Shown in pieces: positions 57,505-64,000 of a stretch of 64,000 nucleotides of DNA (position 1 is its first letter; each line of letters begins with the position of its first letter). The stretch is from Labilithrix sp. (GTDB taxonomy: Bacteria; Myxococcota_A; Polyangia; Polyangiales; Polyangiaceae), in NCBI GenBank assembly GCA_044227045.1, contig JBGAFW010000002.1:195457-259456 (forward strand), read 5' to 3'. The notes beneath the pieces were generated by a model. The model searched no databases. It was not told the origin of the DNA and saw only the letters and a list, made by a program, of their open reading frames with translations. The position numbers were made by a program, and so were the translations under genes.

Positions 57505-57857
57505 CGCGGCTTCTTCGTCCCACGCGTGCGCTCCGCGTGCTCTTTGAACGAGGCGAGCTCGAGGCTCCAATACGACTCGACCTCGTCGAGCCAGCGTCGC
57601 AGCGCGCGAAACGGCTCCTTGCGTAGCGTGTAGACACGCACGCGCGCGTCGGCCTCGTCACCCGAGGGTCGCTCCTCTTCGACGAGCCCCGAGCGGCGGA
57701 GGACGCGAAGATGCCGGCTCATCGCGGGCGCGCTCATCTCGAGCGCCTCCGCGAGCTCACCGGCGCGCCGCGGCTTGTGCCGGAGCAGATCGATGACGCC
57801 ACGGCGCGTCGGATCGGCGAGCGCCGTGAGCGTCCCGTCGAGGGAAGGTGCGGTCAT
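57501..57857 (-). CDS. ArsR/SmtB-family metalloregulator-type transcription factor
   Basis: LADPTRRGVIDLL...ELAEALEMSAPAMSRHLRVLRRSGLV wHTH. Confidence 0.85.
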   Translation of the reverse strand: MTAPSLDGTLTALADPTRRGVIDLLRHKPRRAGELAEALEMSAPAMSRHLRVLRRSGLVEEERPSGDEADARVRVYTLRKEPFRALRRWLDEVESYWSLELASFKEHAERTRGTKKPR

Positions 57858-57862
57858 GGCGG

Positions 57863-58309
57863 TCAGGGCTTCGGCTTCGGGTTGCGCATGCGCTGGTAGA
57901 ACCACCAGCCGTGGCCGCCGATGTCCTGGCACTCGTAGCCGCGGTCCTCCCAGTAGTCTTCGCCGTAGTCGTGCGTCGTCGGCTCTTGGATGATCTTCGC
58001 GCCGGCTTCGCGTGCACGCTTGCAGTGGGCCTCGACGTCGTCGACGTAGACCATCATGTTCTGCGTGTTCGCGCCGCCCGCGTGCGCTGGCGCCTTGCGG
58101 TTCGGGAACTTCTCAGGCTTCTCTTCGCCGACCATGATCAAGCCGTCTCCATAGACGAGCTCGGAGTGCTCGAGCCGGCCGCCTTCACCCTCGACCTTCA
58201 AGCGTGTCTCGAAACCGAAGGCGCGGCAGAGCCAGTCGATCGCCTTGTGACCGTCTTCGTAATAGAGGGCGCTCGAGATGCGCGGCCAGCCGGGAGGTGT
58301 GGGCTTCAT
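57863..58309 (-). CDS. VOC-family (glyoxalase/bleomycin-resistance fold) protein
   Basis: About 148 aa. beta-alpha-beta-beta-beta module composition. GEDYWEDRGY C-terminus typical of the PhnB-like subgroup. Confidence 0.7.
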   Translation of the reverse strand: MKPTPPGWPRISSALYYEDGHKAIDWLCRAFGFETRLKVEGEGGRLEHSELVYGDGLIMVGEEKPEKFPNRKAPAHAGGANTQNMMVYVDDVEAHCKRAREAGAKIIQEPTTHDYGEDYWEDRGYECQDIGGHGWWFYQRMRNPKPKP

Positions 58310-58406
58310 CGGTCGTTTCTCCTTTTCGCGTGGGCAAAGAGCTTCACGTCGAAGAGAATAGTTAACCGCAACGTAAACTAAATCAAGGTCGAATTTCTCT
58401 CTGGGC

Positions 58407-59258
58407 TCACGAAGACGACGCGAACGTGCGAAGGAGGCGTGTCGTCGCTTCGTCCGCGGGGAAGTACGTCTCGATGCGGATGTCCTCCGCGGTCGCGTCG
58501 ATCGGCGTCCCGATCGTGGAGATGGTCGTGAAGAGCCGAGCTTCGAGGCCACCGCGCCGCAGATGGACGCTGATGAACGGTCCCTGATCCGCCTGCGTCA
58601 CCGTCCGGATCGACGTCGGCAGATCGGGGATCTTGGCCACCGCCTCACGCAGGCGACCGATCTCGGGATCGTCGGGGAAGCGCGCGGCCTCGCGACGTGC
58701 GCGGTCGAGCGCGAGCGCAGCGACCTCCTCGAAGTTCACGATCGACGGCCGCAGCCCGCGCGGATGCAGGGTCGCGAGGAGCACGTTCTTCATCACCTCG
58801 GGCGGCGCGGTCGCCAGATCGCAGAACGCCGCGAACAGCCGCGTCGCGCCTTGATTCATCTGGAGCAAGCTCCACGTCCGGTCGCACGCCACCGCTCCGT
58901 TCGGCTCGATCCCGCCGAGCACGAGATCGATCGCGCGCCGGAGGGAAGCGGCCTCGGGCGCCTCGAGCGGCACGTCGCGGTAAGCCGCGACGAACCCGGC
59001 GGCCTCGAGGAGGACGTTGCGATCGCGAAGCGGGAGGTCGAGCGCCGAGCCAAGGACGAGCACCATCGTCTTGCTCGGCGCGGCCCGACCGGTCTCGAGG
59101 CAGCTCAGATGGCGCGTCGAGATCTCGGCGTCGCGCGCCAGCCGCTCTTGGCTGATGCCGCGGCTGCTTCGATGGCGCCGGAGCGCGGCTCCGAACGGGG
59201 AGTGCGGCTTCGAGGGGCTGGCGGGGGATGAGGACGGTGACGAAGAAGAGGGCGGCAT
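58407..59258 (-). CDS. MmyB-like XRE-family HTH transcriptional regulator
   Basis: HTH LRRHRSSRGISQERLARDAEISTRHLSCLETGR. C-terminal MmyB-like domain. Low-complexity Pro/Ser N-terminus. Confidence 0.7.
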   Translation of the reverse strand: MPPSSSSPSSSPASPSKPHSPFGAALRRHRSSRGISQERLARDAEISTRHLSCLETGRAAPSKTMVLVLGSALDLPLRDRNVLLEAAGFVAAYRDVPLEAPEAASLRRAIDLVLGGIEPNGAVACDRTWSLLQMNQGATRLFAAFCDLATAPPEVMKNVLLATLHPRGLRPSIVNFEEVAALALDRARREAARFPDDPEIGRLREAVAKIPDLPTSIRTVTQADQGPFISVHLRRGGLEARLFTTISTIGTPIDATAEDIRIETYFPADEATTRLLRTFASSS

Positions 59259-59352
59259 CGTGGGAGCTCTCGACAGGATAGCCCGCGGCCTCCGAACGGG
59301 CATGACCTCGGAGGTCATGGTCCTCATGACCTCGCGCCTTCACATTCGAGGC

Positions 59353-59688
59353 ATGAAGAAGGTCCTTCCGCTCCTCGTTCTCCTCCCGTTTGCCGGCTAC
59401 AGCACGCTCGTCATCCTCGAGCACGGGTACTTCGGCTTTCTGACGCTTGCCTTGCGCGAGCCCTGGGCGATGCAGCTTTTGCTCGATCTGTCGATCGCGT
59501 GCTTCTTCATCGGAGCATGGATCCGCCGCGATGCACGCGAGCGCGGCATCAGCGCGCTGCCGTACCTCCTGCTCTTGCCGTTCCTCGGCTCGATCGCCAC
59601 GCTCGCGTACTTCGTCCATCGCGCCTGGAAGGGCGAGACGCCACGCGCGTCGTCTGCCGAGTCGAAGTCGCGTCTCGCCTCGGCCTGA
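59353..59688 (+). CDS. Small membrane protein (3 TM helices), divergent partner of the MmyB-like regulator
   Basis: TM helices KKVLPLLVLLPFAGYSTLVIL, LLLDLSIACFFIGAWI and PYLLLLPFLGSIATLAYFV. Confidence 0.55.
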   Translation: MKKVLPLLVLLPFAGYSTLVILEHGYFGFLTLALREPWAMQLLLDLSIACFFIGAWIRRDARERGISALPYLLLLPFLGSIATLAYFVHRAWKGETPRASSAESKSRLASA

Positions 59689-59751
59689 CGTCTTCGCACG
59701 CGCGGGCCCCGGTGCTATGCGAGATGAGCACCGAGAGAGCACGACCGCGCG

Positions 59752-61677
59752 ATGGCACACGCGACACCCCGCTTCGTCTTCTTGGCGCGTGCGCTGGCGT
59801 GCACGGCGCTGGCGGCGGCGTGTGCGGTGGGATGCAACGCCTCGGCGCCCGACCCGACCGCGAGCGACGGCACGTTTGGTCGCCGCTGCGCGCCCGGTGA
59901 GGAGGGCCCGGACTGCAAGTCGTGCGCAGCAGGCTACCAAGATCGCGACGGCAACGGCCTCTGCGCGCCAAGCTGCGCGATCACCTCGTGCGGGGCCCAC
60001 GAGCGCTGCGACGACGCGAGCGGACGCGCGATCTGCCGCTGCGTCGCCGGGTACGTGCGCGCCAGCCGCGTGAGCGCCGAGGACGGCGGCGTGGGCGGCG
60101 CGAACAACGGCAAGAATCGCATCGAAGAGGACGCGCGCAACGCGTGCATCTTCCAAGGCGGTCCGCGCGACTGGGGCTTTCAGCAAGACGGCAGCGCGGC
60201 GAACGGCTGGACGACCGACGGCGTCGCGTTCCTCGTCCCGACGGCGCCGACGGACGCGCGTGGTGGCATCGAGCCGGGCTGGGTTCAGCTGCCGGGCACG
60301 AGCATGATCTCGCAGTCGTTCGAGATGCCGTCGTGGCAAGACGCCGAGCCGCTCGCGATGGATCTGACCTTCGGCTGCGAGCTCGGAGGGACATGCCAAA
60401 ACGTCAAGTCGCTCACCGTCCTGTTCGGTGAGCGCGGCGTGAGCATTCCGTTCGCGACCGCGACCGGCGGATTTCTCCAGCGTCGCATCTGCCTCGGGGA
60501 TGGCGTCTTCGGTCGTCGGGTCACCCTCTCTTCCGTGAGCTATGCCAACTACAGCCGCATCTCGAGCGGCGAAGATGGTCTCATCGATCATCTTCGGTTC
60601 GTGCCCGCGAGCGAGTGTCCAGCGCCAGGACGCGTCCTCGACGGAACGTTCGACGACTACGAAGGCGGGATGTCGGGCTGGCATCCGGAGACGCACTCGC
60701 TCGACGGAAACACGAACGGGACGCTCGTGGAGATCCGCGAAGGGGTCGGGACGAACGGCGGTCGCGCAGGCGTCCTGATCGCCCCGAAGTGCAACGCACC
60801 AGGGCTCGTGTCGGTCGTGTCCGTGCCCGAGCGCATGCAGCACCCATCGCTGCGATTCAAGCTCCGAGCGTCGCATCCTCGCGTCAAGCTCGAGGTCGCG
60901 CTCGCTGCAGAGCCGATCGCGATCGTCGGGGCCACGAACGCGCGCGAGGACCTCTCGCAGGTCGAGCATCCACGCGTCTGCTTGCCTCAATGGTCACGCG
61001 GCCTCGCGCACGAGCTTGGCGTGAGCCTGCACGCCAACTGCGGTGAGAGTCAGCCGCTTCGCACCGCGATCGTGGACGACTTCGAGGTCGTTGACGATCC
61101 GTCATGTGGCGCCGCCGCTGTGATCGACGGCGGCTTCGAGGAGATGGCGCTCTCGTCGACCGCGGCGTGGATCAAGCCGGGCTACGAGACGCGAAGCGAG
61201 ATCGGCGGCGATGAGGAGCGCGTCGTGCTCGATCCCTCGCGCGCACACGGCGGCGCGGCGTATCTGTCGCTCACGGCGTTCTGCGGGGCGGTGCAGCGCT
61301 CGCAGGCGGTCGCGGTCCCGGTGAGCCGATCGACCGATCTCGGCGGACCGGCCGTCCGCTTCTTCTACCGGACGAAGGACAACGATCTCGGCGGCTCCTA
61401 TGCGCACGTCGACGGCAGCTGGAAGGATCTTCCCACCGCCCCTGAGTGGACCGAGCGTCGCCAGTGCATCTCGCCGGAGCACGCGGGGCTCTTCGTCGAC
61501 GTCGTGTTCTCGGCGACCACCAACGCTGGCGGCGTCTTCGGGTCGGGTGATCCCGAGTCACCCACGTGGTCTTGCGACGCGATTCGGCACACCGTCGACA
61601 TCGACGACGTGTCGGTCGTCCTGGATCCCGCGTGTCCGAAGACCTACGTCGCGCCCGACGGCATCAGCGACCCGTAG
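59752..61677 (+). CDS. Secreted lipoprotein with an EGF-like Cys-rich N-terminal module (hypothetical)
   Basis: Lipobox LAAACAVGCN. CxxxC-rich 100-aa module, then a large beta-type domain. Confidence 0.6.
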   Translation: MAHATPRFVFLARALACTALAAACAVGCNASAPDPTASDGTFGRRCAPGEEGPDCKSCAAGYQDRDGNGLCAPSCAITSCGAHERCDDASGRAICRCVAGYVRASRVSAEDGGVGGANNGKNRIEEDARNACIFQGGPRDWGFQQDGSAANGWTTDGVAFLVPTAPTDARGGIEPGWVQLPGTSMISQSFEMPSWQDAEPLAMDLTFGCELGGTCQNVKSLTVLFGERGVSIPFATATGGFLQRRICLGDGVFGRRVTLSSVSYANYSRISSGEDGLIDHLRFVPASECPAPGRVLDGTFDDYEGGMSGWHPETHSLDGNTNGTLVEIREGVGTNGGRAGVLIAPKCNAPGLVSVVSVPERMQHPSLRFKLRASHPRVKLEVALAAEPIAIVGATNAREDLSQVEHPRVCLPQWSRGLAHELGVSLHANCGESQPLRTAIVDDFEVVDDPSCGAAAVIDGGFEEMALSSTAAWIKPGYETRSEIGGDEERVVLDPSRAHGGAAYLSLTAFCGAVQRSQAVAVPVSRSTDLGGPAVRFFYRTKDNDLGGSYAHVDGSWKDLPTAPEWTERRQCISPEHAGLFVDVVFSATTNAGGVFGSGDPESPTWSCDAIRHTVDIDDVSVVLDPACPKTYVAPDGISDP

Positions 61678-61678
61678 C

Positions 61679-62896
61679 TCAGTGCTCGCAGCACACCGTC
61701 GTCTCGGGTCCGGGGTCGAACGAGCCGATCGGCGCGCCGCCCGTCGCCGGACAGCTGCCTCCGTTCGGCGTGACGCTCACGACCGCCGAGTCGATCGAGC
61801 CGACCGCGGCGCACGTGACGGGGAGCGAAGCCGTCGAGGTTGGCTGGACGCATTTGCCGCCCGCGTTCGGACCGCTCGCGTTGAATCCCGAGAACGAGCC
61901 GCTGCACGCGATGCCGCTGGCCGAGCCGCACGAGCAAGCGGAGCAACTTCGCGTGTCGCTCCCGCTCGCATGGAACACGTGGTGGGACGGGTAGCCCGCG
62001 GGGCAAGCGAACGAGCCGCTGCGCGCGATGCATGCGTTCGACGGAGCGAAGGCCGGCGTGGTGGTGGGCGCGCACACGTTGCCGGCGTCGCAGGTCGACT
62101 GCGTCGCGGCCATGCCCATCCCGCAGAGGCGTACCGCGCTCGACCACGAGGCCGGCGGGACCTGCGTGGCGGCGACGACCGCGCAGGAGCCGCCGGACGC
62201 GACGGGTTGGGTGACCGTCATGCGCAGTGAGGTGCAATAGAGAGACGAGGAGAGCTCCGTGCACGCGTTCGTCGAGAACGATTGGCTCGCGGCCGAGGAG
62301 CATGTCTGGGAGCACTCCTTGTCGCGGTAGTACGTGACGACGGGCTTCCCGCACGTCGCGCCGGCCGGCGCCTCGCAGGAGCACGTGCACTGCGCAGCCG
62401 GAGCGATCGGATCGGCGTAGCCCGAGTAGACGCTGACGTTGTAGTCGCCCGAGCACGGAGGGGCGCCAGCGAGTGAGCCGCTGCTCGTCCTGAACATCTC
62501 GAGCGGCCCTTGCCAGCCATCGGGCACGACGAGGACACATCGTCCGCCGCTGCATGAATTCGAGGGAGGCGAGACGATGACGTCTTCTTCGATCACGTCT
62601 GGAGCTGCGTCCACCCCACGCCCGCCATCGGTCTCCGACTGCGCTCCTTCGGAGGAATCGCGTCCGTTCGGATCGCCGTCGAGCGTCGCGGCCGCGGGCG
62701 ATGCGTTCGTGCTGCTCGCGTCATCGGTCAGGAGGTCTCTGGCGTCTTGAAAGTCGAGGATCGTCGCGCATGCCGTCGACGCCGACGCGAAGATCAAAAA
62801 GCAGAAGGCCGCGCCGAGCGATCGAGCGAGGCGTGTGCGCGCACGCGTGGCCGCGGCCAATCGGCGTGAGCATGAGCGTGAGGACGAAGACGACAT
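61679..62896 (-). CDS. Cys-rich secreted protein (about 40 Cys, hypothetical)
   Basis: Signal peptide (FCFLIFASASTACA). Many CxC/CxxC pairs. Confidence 0.55.
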   Translation of the reverse strand: MSSSSSRSCSRRLAAATRARTRLARSLGAAFCFLIFASASTACATILDFQDARDLLTDDASSTNASPAAATLDGDPNGRDSSEGAQSETDGGRGVDAAPDVIEEDVIVSPPSNSCSGGRCVLVVPDGWQGPLEMFRTSSGSLAGAPPCSGDYNVSVYSGYADPIAPAAQCTCSCEAPAGATCGKPVVTYYRDKECSQTCSSAASQSFSTNACTELSSSLYCTSLRMTVTQPVASGGSCAVVAATQVPPASWSSAVRLCGMGMAATQSTCDAGNVCAPTTTPAFAPSNACIARSGSFACPAGYPSHHVFHASGSDTRSCSACSCGSASGIACSGSFSGFNASGPNAGGKCVQPTSTASLPVTCAAVGSIDSAVVSVTPNGGSCPATGGAPIGSFDPGPETTVCCEH

Positions 62897-62909
62897 GGCG
62901 AGCGCTCGA

Positions 62910-64000
62910 TCAGCGAATGGGGCGTGGAAGAGACGGCGGGGATTGGTGATGGTGATGGTGCGGCGGGCGCGGCGAGGGCTGATGGTCGAGCGCCCGCTTG
63001 AGCGTGACGCGGAAGCACGTCCCGCGACCGAGCACGCTCCAGAACGAAATCTCGGCGCCGATCTGACGCGCGAGCTCGCGGCACAGCGAGAGGCCGAGGC
63101 CGGTGCCGCCGCGACCGCGACGCGTCGTGAAGAAGGGCTCGAAGATCTTGTCGTGCATTTCCTCGGGGATGCCCGGACCGTTGTCTCGGATCGAGACGAT
63201 CGCGTGGTGCGCGTCTGCGGCGTAGACGTGGAATCGGACGCGCGGCGCCGAGAGGCTCTTCGCGGCGAGCGCGGCGTTCGTCGCGAGGTTGAGGACGATC
63301 TGGCCGAGGAGGTTCGTGTCGCCGATGACCGCGAGCGGCGTGCCCTCCTCCTCGACGGTGACCCCGTGAAGCGGCTCCGCGGCCCAGCGGCGAACGTCGC
63401 GCACGAGCGACAGGAGATCGATCCGCTGCTCTTTCACGACGCCTTGCCCAATGAGCACGCGCAGGTTCGTGAGCAGCGCTTCGATTCGATGGTAGCTCCC
63501 CGCCGCGTCATCCATCGCGGTGTAGAGCTCGTTGGCGTCACCGGCGTCGACCAAGTGTGCGCGCGCGGCGTGGAGACCATTCTCGAGCTCGCCCCTCGGC
63601 GCCACCGTGAGCGCGGCGAGGAGACGCTCGGACTCGATCAGGCGTGCGACCTCTTGCCGAATGAACTGGAGCGATCCGATCGCGACGGAGAGCGGGTTGG
63701 CGATCTCGTGCGTGAGCCCGGCGCTCATCCGTCCGATCGACGCGAGATGGCTGTGGAGATCGAGCTGCTTGGCGAGGTCGGCGACCTTGATCTTCGCGGT
63801 GGTCGCGTCGACCGCCGACTGCATGAGGCCGATGAGCTCGCTCCCCGCGAAGGGATAGCGAATGCACGCGAAGGCGCCTGCGCCATGCGCCGCGCTGACG
63901 GACTCGGTCGGACGGCCTTCGAAGACGTAGACGATCGCGGCGTCGGTGCGTGCGCGCGCGCGTACCTGAGCGATGTGCGCCCCGACGTCGAAGCGGTCGT
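62910..64000 (-). CDS. Sensor histidine kinase (HisKA + HATPase_c), partial. The N-terminus extends beyond the window end.
   Basis: H-box LASIGRMSAGLTHEIANPL. N, G1 (DNGPGI) and G2 (GGTGLGLSL) boxes. Manual translation upstream of 63824 continues without a stop to at least 63899. Confidence 0.8.
   Translation of the reverse strand, partial: DRFDVGAHIAQVRARARTDAAIVYVFEGRPTESVSAAHGAGAFACIRYPFAGSELIGLMQSAVDATTAKIKVADLAKQLDLHSHLASIGRMSAGLTHEIANPLSVAIGSLQFIRQEVARLIESERLLAALTVAPRGELENGLHAARAHLVDAGDANELYTAMDDAAGSYHRIEALLTNLRVLIGQGVVKEQRIDLLSLVRDVRRWAAEPLHGVTVEEEGTPLAVIGDTNLLGQIVLNLATNAALAAKSLSAPRVRFHVYAADAHHAIVSIRDNGPGIPEEMHDKIFEPFFTTRRGRGGTGLGLSLCRELARQIGAEISFWSVLGRGTCFRVTLKRALDHQPSPRPPHHHHHQSPPSLPRPIR

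Overview
This window is high-GC DNA (roughly 68-72% by eye) whose gene content points to a myxobacterium (Myxococcota, Sorangium/Polyangium-like). The pointers are many lipoproteins, a MYXO-CTERM sorting motif, a Hanks-type Ser/Thr kinase, Cys-rich secreted proteins and an MmyB-like regulator. I support about 64 protein-coding genes. I found no rRNA, tRNA, CRISPR array, transposase or prophage genes. Most long ORFs in the six-frame track are antisense artefacts of high-GC DNA and are rejected below.

Recognisable blocks:
- A minus-strand trpG-trpD-trpC operon next to xerD.
- trxA divergent from an ECF sigma factor.
- rpmB (ribosomal protein L28).
- A lipid A-type acyltransferase.
- An Rrf2-regulated sulfur-carrier cysteine biosynthesis island: cysK, a ThiF/MoeB-type E1, a CysO/ThiS-like GG-ending carrier, a truncated E1-like ORF, cysM and a Mec+/JAMM protease.
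- An ~11 kb co-directional minus-strand array: Ser/Thr kinase, TPR-like protein, propeller lipoprotein, MTA phosphorylase, PfkB kinase, lipoprotein, giant lipoprotein.
- An ArsR-SRPBCC-VOC operon.
- lgt.
- A partial sensor histidine kinase at the right edge.

The observations I rate highest:
1. A 1445-aa ORF with a complete MYXO-CTERM motif in its middle, immediately followed by a fresh lipoprotein signal peptide. This looks like two adjacent genes fused, or a frameshift/assembly error.
2. An Mtb-like CysO-dependent cysteine pathway that carries an extra degenerate E1-like mini-ORF translationally coupled to cysM.
3. An unlisted partial minus-strand gene at the left edge. It encodes a zinc-ribbon protein with three RPHAGMPTAIGHA repeats.
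4. A 1262-aa fused Fe-S flavoprotein next to yggX.

I found no canonical defence or mobile system.
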